Shown: piece after piece, positions 11,601 through 32,300 of the stretch
Layout of the letters: the number at the start of each line of letters is the position of its first letter
Position numbering within the stretch: position 1 is the first letter of the stretch
Source: Paraspadella gotoi
Taxonomy: Eukaryota > Animalia > Chaetognatha
Length of the DNA: 64,000 nucleotides
Direction of reading: 5' to 3'
Assembly (NCBI GenBank): GCA_051294375.1
Contig: CM119265.1
Location: 16,052,896-16,116,895 of the forward strand
The notes under the pieces: model-generated
What the model was told of the DNA's origin: nothing
What the model saw: the letters and a program-made list of their open reading frames with translations, nothing else
Databases searched by the model: none
Translations under genes and position numbers: made by a program

Positions 11601-13662
11601 CACAATTAAGATGACAAATATTTTCATCGATCCCTCAATCGTTGGCACGGCGAAGGTCAAACTGTACCTTTGGCATCTCCGACTGCTTCGCCGTCGACTC
11701 CCACGGTTTCGCCCTTGGGTCCGACGCAGATCTCCTCGACGGTCTTCTCCGAAGAGGAGGAGTTGACGACAGCGTCGTGGAGGGTGTTGTCGTTGTCCTT
11801 GGGATGAGTTTGATCGGACGAAAGCATCGTCGTTGTCGTCGTCTTGGAGTCGGCGGGGAGTTCAGCGGCGTCGTGTTCCGTCGACGGATCGACGACCGTT
11901 TCCGTGACTTCATCGCCGGAGGGAAGTTTCTCCGTTACGACGCTCTCGGCGCCGCTTCCCACGGCGCCGCCCACGAGACTCGCGGCATTTCCGGGGCCAA
12001 CCTCCGGCGTCGCCTCGGGAATCGTCTCGACCACTAGGATTTCCTCGGAGGTGCCGTCGGGGCGCAGCAAGGCGACGACGGAACCGTTCTCGACATCGAC
12101 TTCGGACGGCGCCGTAAGAAGAGGCTCGACCACCGGCACCACCACCTCCTCCAACGCTTCCTCGCCGCCTCTCGACTTCTCCACTTCCTCCTTTACTCGC
12201 CGAAGCGTCTCCTCCACTAGGTCGTCCACCATCTTGGCCTTAGGGTCTTCGTCGAGCGAGTCGACTACGCGAAGAGCGCCGCGCGCCGGCGACGTCGTCA
12301 AAGAGGGCGCGGTAGGCGGCGCCGCCAGTTCGTCCGAGTTTAGCGTCGATCTCGAGGGATTCTGGACGTTGATCTCCAGCGTCATCGGCGCAACGACTTT
12401 GACGTCGCGGGGGCTCTTGTTGGAGCTCTCGGAGATCTGGAGAATATTAAATGTAATATTGTCTACATACAAGCAACAAAAATACGGCAAACACATGGCC
12501 CAGAGTCGAAGATTTTTAGTTAGAATGTCTCACAGTTGGTCTTTTTGATTTAAGTTGATGCAAGTAAGCATTGAATAAGTTGACTTAAATAACAGTCTTT
12601 TGCCATTTGTCATTGACTCATTGGAACAACCACTATAAAAATTATCCATTCATTCAATAAATAAGCTATCTGGCCCCTAACTTTAGATAGATCGGCAATG
12701 GTGGGTTAAGGCCTGCCTCCTTCTTACAGGATAATAACATAGCGAAACCCTCAAGCTCAAGCATTCAATTTTGAAATAAATTTATTATTTTAGTTTAAAC
12801 TTTAACGAAATAGTGTCGTTTGAATTACTTTTTACAGGCTGGGATTAGTGGAACAAAGCCACTAGTTTTTTTAGATTTAAAATTTGGCGCACCTCGGTGA
12901 GCCTCTCCAGCTCGGGATCCCTATCATCGGCCTCTTCCTTTTTCCCGTCGTTGGCCAGATCATCTAAATCGACGAGACTTTCCGCCTTCCTGTTATCCAT
13001 CTCGGCGTCGTCGACTTCGACCTGCGTGGATCGCGGACCAGAGTCGATGGAGCAGCTCACCGCCAGCGTGTCGCGCCGTTCCGTCTCCGGCGCCGCTTCC
13101 TTTTCGATGCGCTCGTCGACTTCCAGCGGAGGCGGCGGAGGGTCGGCGGTCGGCGGCGCTGGGTCGACGGCTGTCTGTGATGGGAGGGCAGGATCCGGAG
13201 AAGCGCTGGGTGGAACAGGCGAAGCGCCCGGCGTCTCTTTAGGGGAAGCGTCGAGATGAAATGAAGGAATGGCCGGCTGGATAATAAAGATGATCACAGA
13301 TCAGATAAGAATATTAAGTCGATGGGATGAATGGTTAAAGAACGCACGATCGATCGATATAACCTCCGGAGGCTTGGGATTTTGCTCCAAAATCTCTTGA
13401 TTCATTTTGTTCAATTCTTTGATGACGAGTTCCTCGTTGAGCTTCGGCACCGACTGACCCTAAATAATGGGGGAGAAACAAATGAACAACATTTTTGTCA
13501 TTTGAATAATAGTAACGATTAAAGCAACGACAAAACAGAAGAAGATACTAGTACAATCGAACAATTAGTGAGATACGGTTAGAGAACTTTCATAATTACC
13601 CTCTGCAACAAAGTAAAAATGAAAATCCAAGCATATCTTACGTGTGCTTGCATGCTCATCAT
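3283..13662 (-). CDS. Large multi-exon protein (~1,410 aa): acidic/Pro-rich disordered N-terminus, RI-like (NLRC3/CARMIL/RanGAP-type) leucine-rich-repeat solenoid, C-terminal RRM and helical tail
   Basis: Hand-spliced GT-AG exons with matching phases: 13662-13642, 13459-13364, 13276-12893, 12436-11668, 11264-10809, 10033-9957, 9887-9780, 9710-9667, 9592-9511, 9437-9301, 9191-9044, 8953-8509, 8431-8195 (or 8205, see findings), 7899-7673, 6824-6725, 6560-6487, 5850-5676, 4529-4462, 4398-4258, 4193-4068, 3922-3827, 3739-3651, 3427-3283. The sum is 4,245 nt, or 1,414 aa plus TAG. It starts MMSMQAHGQSVPKLNEEL (in-frame TAG upstream) and ends ...ARHEYLKANPAYADGRVW*. AATAAA lies on the minus strand at 3181-3186. 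Confidence 0.85.
3651..4193 (-). other. RNA recognition motif (RRM) split over three exons at the C-terminus of the LRR gene
   Basis: Spliced sequence: RGVHMQNVPANVGNQKLEGILENEADCAVEDVYLVK|DPVSRQNSGVAWVLLADEESVAKAVAYYMSGE|AIIFGQTLVVSRI. It contains an RNP2-like VHMQNV, the VxLVKDxxS loop, an RNP1-like SGVAWVLL, helix 2 EESVAKAV and the closing IFGQTLVV strand. Confidence 0.75.
4548..4840 (+). repeat. Diverged monomer of the ~320-bp intronic repeat family
   Basis: Shares long blocks with the 25.5-26.7 kb array, e.g. ATTGGTTGTACCAATTTCATAAAATTCAGCT, AAGGGAGTGGTCTTT, TAATTATCTTGTAAGAGTGATGGAGGCCTTAAACCACCAAAGCCTGT and TTATTAAATGAATGGATAATTTT. Confidence 0.85.
5360..5670 (+). repeat. (TTTA)n/(TTTC)n compound microsatellite at the 5' end of an intron of the LRR-RRM gene
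   Basis: Directly visible tetranucleotide runs. Confidence 0.95.
5676..9887 (-). other. Ribonuclease-inhibitor-like LRR array within the large minus-strand gene (roughly 17-20 repeats)
   Basis: Repeated LxxLxLxxNxL/LxxLxLxxCxL units: LLQELDISRHAM, TILTLNISSNNS, TLREFDVSSNYLG, TLQSLDIGHNEM, SLERLEIGGNDAG, GVETLILTNCGVDDE, RLVALNLTNNS, RLTTLSLSNCNLSDED, ALASLNLSVNRVGDGG, PLLELNLANNRITETG, QLRNLNLSSNSIGPEG, PLTVLHLDSQ. The ~28-residue spacing is typical of the RI-like class. Confidence 0.85.
12620..12770 (-). repeat. Inverted partial copy of the ~320-bp repeat family
   Basis: The reverse complement reads GCTATGTTATTATCCTGTAAGA...AGGCCTTAACCCACCA...AAAGTTAGGGGCCAGATAGCTTATTTATTGAATGAATGGATAATTTTTATAGTGGTTGTTCCAAT, matching the array unit. 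Confidence 0.8.
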
Positions 13663-13960
13663 TGTGGGGTTTCGGGTTGTTGGCGGCGTTTCGGAGAAGC
13701 GCCGCTAGTTTAGAAACTTTATTGAGTTCTTCGTTTAACAACGAGCGACTGAACCTGTAATAGATTAAATATTTGAAAATAAGCAACTACAATATATTGA
13801 TTGTAAAAAAATTTAAGTTACCGTTTTCAAGTTTTTGAAAAGAATTGGCGTCCGGGTTTGGTAGAGACTGTGAATGAGCAAAATGTTGATTGTCAGTGAC
13901 ATATTATAAAAATAAATACAGTGTACAGAAGTTAATTATAAAGTATTAATTACCTGTAAA

Positions 13961-15406
13961 CTAGCCAGGGGTCATAGCCCGACTGTTCGGCGGAGTTTGA
14001 AGTGGCACTTAGGAAAGAAAAAGATAATTTAAGAAGGCATGTATGTTGAGCTTGTTTATTGAAGAATGTTGCGTCCACAATATAATCTTTATATGGTTAT
14101 ATGGTTTTTGAAATTATTATGAAAATTATGGAAATATAAAATTAATCGTTATAATAAAATAGTTGTTTGCCCAAAACAAATCTCTTTGCTAATCCAAGAC
14201 ACAAGAAACGAAAAGATTTTATATCGAAAAATTAATCTAATACCTGGCGTGAGTTCTGATTTTACAGAGAGTCCGATGTTTGTGTCATTTCGGGCAAATC
14301 CTGACGGTAAAAAAAATATTATTTATAACACGAATAAAATACAAAATAAATTTTTTAGAAATTCTAAACATCGAATTGCGTCGATAAGTTTGTCTCAATG
14401 CGACAAGGGTAAACCAAAGAGAAAAAAAAAATTCATTCTTTCGGGCTTTTTTATTTCTTTTCGTTGCGCTCGTGTATTGACGTAACTTCGCAGGATTATA
14501 TCATAGATACGTCCAATTTTCCTACGACCCGTTCGTCCTTGGATCATGAAGATTAAGAAGAAGATTGAGAAGGAGAAGAAGAAGATAGGGAAGGGGAGAA
14601 CGGGGAAGAAGAGACAAAAAAAAATACAAAAGTATATTTAATGTTACCTGCGTGTTCCGAGGGAAAATCTGAGACTGAGGAGGTGGAGAAAAAGGAGGGA
14701 TCGCGTTTAGCCTGCGAAGGGGGGGGGAAAGGTTTTGGGTTAGCGAGGGAGGAGGTAGGGGGAGAGTGGGCGTTAGTCAGGGTCAGGGGGTGGAGGGTGG
14801 AATGGGGGGAAGGGGTGGGGTCGAAAAAAAAGAAGAAAAAAAAACCAGAAAAGAAGACGACGGCGACATTTTGCGTACGTAGAAAAAAATGTAGACTTCG
14901 GACTTAAACGAAAATGAGAAAGGAAATTTAAAAAAAGGAAAAGAAGGAAAGGAAAAAGAAAAGCGAATGGCGCAGTGGGACTCTCGCGTAAAAACTCGAA
15001 AAGAGGGACGAGGGAGATAAATTACAGAAGTAATTTGCTAGAAGAAAGATAAACAGGAAAACGGGCGAGTGAGGAGAAAAAAATTTTGGATGGAAAACGC
15101 GAGAGGAAAAAACCTTTTTTTTTTGAGAGAGAGAGAGAAAAGAAAATAACAGGAGAAAAGGAAGAAAAAAACAAACGGAACTACACAAAAAAAAAAGAAG
15201 TAGAGAAGCACAGAAAACATAAAAATAAAAGACAACGCCGACAACGGAATGGCTGAGGAAGTTTCCGTAACGGATGCCAATAAAAGAAAACGACTTTCGA
15301 AGGGAAAGAAACAAAAAAAAAAGAAGCAGAAATTACCTGAGGCGCGACTATCGCAGTTGCTTGGGCGGTCCCCCGTAATTTGGACGCAGGGGAGGAATGA
15401 CGCCAT
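13961..15406 (-). CDS. Candidate spliced upstream small ORF (57 aa; 64-66 aa with an optional micro-exon) in the leader of the LRR-RRM gene
   Basis: AAGATGGCG start at 15406. Exons are 15406-15337 (donor gtaatt), optional 14668/14674-14648 (gtaaca), 14300-14244 (gtatta) and 14007-13961 (TAG); all junctions are phase 1. Peptide: MASFLPCVQITGDRPSNCDSRAS[DFPSEHA]GFARNDTNIGLSVKSELTPVPLQTPPNSRAMTPG*. Confidence 0.45.
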
Positions 15407-15480
15407 CTTTCGACGCGACGCTCTTTGCGGCCCCGCTCGACGCCGATTGGCACTCTCGTCTACCTTTGAGTTTCCGGCGT
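15400..15480 (-). promoter_or_regulatory. Probable core promoter/first exon region of the minus-strand transcription unit
   Basis: CpG-rich patch containing a YY1-like AAGATGGCG, a CCAAT box (GCCAATCGG on minus, ~15443-15451) and an ETS-like CCGGAAA (~15471-15477). It lies just upstream of the most 5' splice donor found (15336). Confidence 0.4.
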
Positions 15481-17386
15481 TCAAGGCGGAACGGGCGTCG
15501 TCGGTTGCTGGTAGTTGAGGGAACAGTTGGTCAACGGAAAATAACTTAATTGACCGTCAAAATCGTGGATCGATATTTCAATCTTTAAATTGTTGTCTCT
15601 CTTTTTCCTTTCAGAAAAAAAAATTATTCAAGTTTGAAATTGGTTGTTTAACGGAAGAAGATTAATATTTAATATGTGGTTGTATACAGCGTATAAAATT
15701 TATTAATATTTGAATGAAATTGATGGCAGGGAAATANNNNNNNNNNTAAAATTTATTAATATCTGAATGAAATTGATGGCAGGGAAATAATTCACTTGAA
15801 ATTTTTTTTTCACGTGGAATTTCCATGTAATGTTTTTGTATACACTAAGCATAAAGATACGAATACTTAAGCAATAAGCAATAATACTTAAACAGTACTT
15901 AGCGTTTCTTATTGTCTCCCAGACCAAAACCAAATCAGAAACTCACTTTTAGTAACTGGGCCAGCGGAACGGGTCACCGCGGAGCCGTTGGACTTGGAGG
16001 CTCCCGATCCCATTCCGACGAAAGGGCGGCGTGTAATCGAAGAGAAATCCCGAAAGTCCAAAATCGTTCTCCGTTGCACATTTCTTAAAATCGACTTCTT
16101 TTTGGAAGTCGGACTTTCATTTGCCGGGGGAAAAAACGATTCCGGCACATGACGCCGGCAAAGAAAATCAACAACGCAAAATATTGTAAGGACTATGGTA
16201 ACCGCGATTTCCAGATTCGTCGCATGATCATGGATAAAACTATCTCCATCCCTCTCTCTCTATCTCTCTCTGTCTTTCTGTCTTTCTTTCCCATTTTCCA
16301 TCCTCTTCTTCTGCCTCTTCTTATGGCCCTGATTCCTTTGCCTCCTCTTCCCCCTTCCAGCACCCACTTGATGATATGGTTCCACCATGGACGAGGTTCT
16401 GATTCCGGTTTATCTTAACGACAAGCTTGACGACGACTCAACAACATCCAACGCCTGGCCAGCCCTGGCCTGTATCTCTGCCAATCCAGGTGTAAGTAGA
16501 TAAGTTTATGCTTGTCTCTGTGTGGTAAATTTCAAAAGCCTGAACAATGGAAATAACTTATTTTATGGAACTAGAATATTCAGATTTTAATAATAAACAT
16601 AGTTAAGATTTTCAGCAAGAGATAATCTCAAAGAGGTTAACATTTCACTCAATTATATCTAGTAATATTGGATGAAAGAATTCAGGAATATTCCGAATGA
16701 GAAAATTTTAGTACCTCCTTAAATCATATGTTTTTAGTGTTTTCGTAATTCAATACCATATGGAGCTGCAGTGATCGTTTAAACCGTACGTTTGTTGGGA
16801 GCAACAAAAGAACAGCGGAGAAAAAGATAAAGCAAAATTCAAGAAACATCGTTAAAAACTAAAACAAGAGGATCCATATACAATACACTGACACAGTATT
16901 CTATATATAATGTATCGAAACCGTTTTTTCGACTTTAAAAATATTTGTTTTCCTTCTCCCGCGACATTTTGCATTTTGCCATTGTTGTAGATAAATTTAG
17001 ATAATTCGCAACCCAGTCGGTTTCTGTTGGGACATGACTTGTCTATATACAGATTTGGACACGACTTAGTTCATTTTGAAGACGATTCTTCTGGTTTTTT
17101 CTTAGCCAAAGACCTAAAACTCCCTCTTCAGTATAATACCACGAAAAAACATTATTCACTACACTCTATCAAATGAAAATATGGATAATAAAATCATTCA
17201 AAACCCTATTTCGGCCACATATCGTTTAGAAATTAAAAAAAAAGAAATTCGGTAATTTCGAGCGAAGCTCACGATACGCTTATACATTAGACATAAAAAA
17301 AATCGCTGGAACAACCGGTCGATCGAAAAGTCTGTTAAATATCAAATAGTCGCAAACCTTACTCGTTCGAGGTCTTCAACCACGCA

Positions 17387-27854
<10,468 letters not shown>

Positions 27855-29308
27855 GGGGCGTCGGACGAAAAATCGCGCCGGTTTTTTTTTTTTTTTTATC
27901 CACGACGCCGGATACCCTGAACGCCTTAGACAGAAGAGCGCCGCCGATGATTTATCAATCAACAAAATAAAAACAATTTTCGAGTTCGAGAAATAACATT
28001 TCAAATAGTGTAAAAAATTATAAAGTAAATTAACGAGTAAAAACCCGACGAAGATTACAAGGAAATTATGAAGATTTTTTTTTTTCTTTCGGTGCGGATG
28101 TATGGTACAGGAATTTGAGACTGCGGCGAGGTAAAAAGAAATAACACGAAGAAAATATTTCTGAATCAGAAATGCAAAATACTCGAAAACATAAAATGAA
28201 ATTCATATCCTAGACCAAGAATATTTCTCGTTTTATCTCGACTGTTTTTTTTGTCTTCGCCCGAATAAACCTCGAGGAGATAAAACAAATAATTCTCGAG
28301 CCACGGGTTTGGGGTTTTTCTACAACGCGTCTTGCATCTTCAACGAGCCCCGTACTCTCTTTCGCTTTCTCCAACTTCCCTATCATCGGGAATCGTCTCA
28401 TCTCCCAACATATTTATTGTTTCTCCGCACACCACCAGCCAATCAAACGCCCCGTAAATGGCACCAACCATAAATCATTTCCGACCACGCCTCCCAGAGA
28501 GAACGCTCCGTCCCAGCGCTCGACGTCCCGCGGGCGTTCCCCCCCCCTCCATCCGGAGACTGACGTGAATCGCATTAAAAAAAGATGTCGCCATAAAAAA
28601 TAAAAGGTTTCTTCGCGATTCGCTATTTCCAGCCGAAACCCATTTGTTTCTGTCGTCGCCACCGCTTTCGCCGCCAGGTCTGCCGCCACAGAGACCGCCT
28701 GTTCCTCCGACGACGCCGACTAATGCCGGTTTCGCCCTCGCCGCCGCCACCGCCCGCCTACACCGCCGCCACCGCCCGCCGCCGCTGTCGCTTTTGCCGC
28801 CGCCATCGTTCGACGGAGATTTTTCTCCTTCCCCTTCTTTGCTGAGACTTTAATTCGTATTTATGCGCAGAATTTGGCGCTAATGTCTGGCGTCGCTTAG
28901 CGCGGACGGAAATGGCGGGTTGCTCATGCGGCGGCGGCTGGAGCGGCTGGCGCGGCGGCTGGAGCGGTCGGCGCGGCGGAAGCGAGAGAAAGATAAAGGA
29001 CCGGCGGGGGAAGGCAGATGGAAGACTGAGGGGAGCCTCCGGTAGTGGGATGCAAAGATCGACGGCGGGAGCCGGTAAATGAGGGGGGGCTTTCGTTTTA
29101 GCGGGCGCTCGCCGGTCGCCACGGCACCAGGTGCAAAAAATAAACCGGTTAAAGCGAATTCCGCGCGCTGACGTGTCGTCCTCGTTAATTCGTGGCGAAG
29201 AAAAATAAACCATCATCTAGCGCCACACCATTTACTTGAGTCTCGGTCGATGACGATTACGGAAAGAGGTCGTTGACAGAGGAGGCTGTGGAGAGTGGAG
29301 TTTGGAGT

Positions 29309-32300
29309 GTGGAATGTGGAATGTGGAGGGTGGTGACGACGACCACAACAAATGTAACACCATAGCACGAGACAAAGACGAAGAAGGCTCGACCATGTTA
29401 TCACCTTAAAATGGCTTATCATCATAATATTCAATTTCACGTATATTATTTATATTTTTTATTGCGCTTTAAACTAAGTTATCTCATATATATCATGTTG
29501 GTTATTTCTATTTAATGTTTGTCAATTTAATGTTATAGTATAATTACCCGATTATGTTATTGGGTCATTGTAGTCATATTATTGTTATCATCGTTATTTT
29601 ACCGCTAATAATAAAAAAATAATGTTCAGATAGGAGATATCCATAAAAGATATCCATAAAACTCCACCTCTGTGTTACAGACATTTTAACACTTTTCAAA
29701 TAGTGTTTATTTTCCAAGCCAAACAGTACGATAAAAAAGCGAGGAAAATAGTATAGAAAAGAAAAGGGATGAAGATGACGACAACGAAGATTATCTCCCG
29801 TCGCCTCACAAAGAGTTTTCTGCCTTAGAATCATTGACGAAAAGGGGATAGCGGAGCGATTTCCTACGTGAAGCGACACAGCGCGATGCGTCCTGTTATA
29901 AACCTTCAAGACGCTATAGATTGTAATGCGCGGAAGAAGAAAGAATGTAGCGACAGAAAGAGGCAGAGGAAAAGACTCGACTGGCGGAAGGAATGAGAAG
30001 AGAAAAATATTTTGCAGAGATGGTTTTTGAGGAAAATGGGCGAAACCTCGGGGGTGAACGGATAAATGGATTGTGCTCGTGATTCTGGAGAAAAGGCGGA
30101 CTATGGGCATTGGGGGATGGAAGTTGAAGATTGGGCGACAACAATAAAAGCGGGGGAGAATGATTTTCCAGAGGAGAGAGAGAGAAAAAGAAATTTAGGG
30201 GGGGGGGGGGAAGAGAGATTCCTTCTCCGAGGAGGAATTGTAAAATTTTCCTTCGTTTTACTACTGACGCGTTTGACGGACTTTCAGAATTTACATGGAA
30301 GGAGAGAGAGAGAGAGGAGAGAGGATAGAGAGATAGAGAGACGGGAGAAGAGATGAGAGAGAGAGAGAGAGAGAAGAGAGAGAAAGAGAGAAGAGAGAGA
30401 GTCTCGATCTGGATTTGCCGGAGAATCGAACGAAAAACTTTGCGGGTCCGCCCCGACTCAGTGCTTATCTCTGGCCGCAAAAGCAAGGCGTTTTATAAAT
30501 TTTCGTTCATTTCACTTTTTTCTTTTGAGGTGAGTGCTTTCTTTACAATCGCCACTGGCCTTGGCTCGCGTTTAGTCAAAGAAGATTACCAACCCTTCTC
30601 ACAATGACGAGTCTAGTTTTTTGGCGTAGAGGGTGAGGAGGGAATTCTCTCGAGCACAACAAGACAGTCGATCCGAGAAAGATTCAGGCAATTATTCCCA
30701 AGGATTTAAATCTGAATGGAATTCTTTTCCACGTTGAATTCGCTTAACTCGGAAATTGCTAAACCATGACAACACGTCTTGAATCGTGCTAACTTAATAC
30801 CAAATTAAACAAAAAAAATTTTAAAGATACGTTATTTTACCTTATAATTGTCTTTGTTGTTGCATGATTAGATAAATATGTTGATGAATTAGTTATCATA
30901 AGTTTAGTTAAATAATTTGTGACACCGACTGAGGAGAGGGGAAATTTTTATGCAATTCCATTTTTTTTTCCGATTCATCCGAGCAACAAATCGCTTTGAC
31001 CGCTAGAGGCGGTGAGCTGCTCAGGACGATAGAGGGAGACGTATGACTTGATTGATGATGCGACGAGGGCCGTTGCTAGGCGACGAGGGATGCTTTGATT
31101 GCTGCGGAGGCGGAGTACTGAGGAAGGCGTCGTGGGAGCGAATCCCGGAGAAGACGAAGGAAGAAGACTCTTTTTTTTTTCGCCCAGGATCCGCTGCTCT
31201 TGTCAGAATTTAATCAAATGTATCGAATTTTTAAAAAAAAAATTTTCGCATGGTTTAACAGACATTTGTACCTCTTCAGAGTGAGCGGTCGAATCTATTT
31301 TTAGAATTAATATTTTTTGTAGTATATTTTTCGTTTCGTTGCGTTTTTGAAATTTAAAGTGAAGGAAAAGAGTTTTTATTGAGTTTCAACAACGATTAAT
31401 ATCGGACATGTTGGCGCTGATGAAGGTTCGCAATAAGAACATGTCCGATATTANNNNNNNNNNNNNNNNNNNNNNNNNNNNNNNNNNNNNNNNNNNNNNN
31501 NNNNNNNNNNNNNNNNNNNNNNNNNNNNNNNNNNNNNNNNNNNNNNNNNNNNNNNNNNNNNNNNNNNNNNNNNNNNNNNNNNNNNNNNNNNNNNNNNNNN
31601 NNNAACTCAATAAAAACTCTTTTACTTTGCAAACAAAGAATTAACATCATAATGAAAAATTCAACAAAATTCAAAACATCTCATTGGATTACTTCGCACG
31701 ACATAGGAATAGCGAAGTCGTTATAATTGCAAAAAATTATATATCAAACTTACTTTCAAAATGAGACTCTTCCACCTTTTTTTCCCCCACGACCTCAAAA
31801 CGAAATCCGGTCGTTACCGCGGCTCAGTGGTNNNNNNNNNNNNNNNNNNNNNNNNNNNNNNNNNNNNNNNNNNNNNNNNNNNNNNNNNNNNNNNNNNNNN
31901 NNNNNNNNNNNNNNNNNNNNNNNNNNNNNNNNNNNNNNNNNNNNNNNNNNNNNNNNNNNNNNNNNNNNNNNNNNNNNNNNNNNNNNNNNNNNNNNNNNNN
32001 NNNNNNNNNNNNNNNNNNNNNNNNNNNNNNNNNNNNNNNNNNNNNNNGAGCTCTCGTCCTCGTCGCAGTAACAACAGCGGCTGTAGCTTCTCAGTATGTG
32101 GGATCTCCGACAGCAGCATCCACCACGAAAGAAATCGAAAATAGTCTCACCCCTGCCCAGCTCCCCCACGCCTCCGAATTTCTCCGCCTCAGTCTTTTTT
32201 ATCCCCCACGCGGACCGAAGAAATCGAGTGGGAAGCGAGGAGTTGGGGGGATGGGTGAAGTGGGGGGGAGAGGTGGTGGGGTGGAGGGGGTGTTCGAGAG

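Noticed and set aside
8323-13259. Plus-strand ORFs 8323-8988, 8541-8957, 10949-11410, 11844-12548 and 12897-13259
   Set aside because: Antisense shadows of GC-rich minus-strand exons of the LRR-RRM gene.
13565-13786. Frame FSRSLLNEELNKVSKLAALLRNAANNPKP as coding N-terminus of the LRR gene
   Set aside because: It would need a GC donor and has no stop-free upstream exon in the matching phase. The ATG at 13662 with the canonical gtaaga donor is simpler. Not fully excluded if the assembly has indels here.
15693-15790. ~43-bp direct repeat flanking a short N-gap
   Set aside because: Typical unmerged contig overlap.
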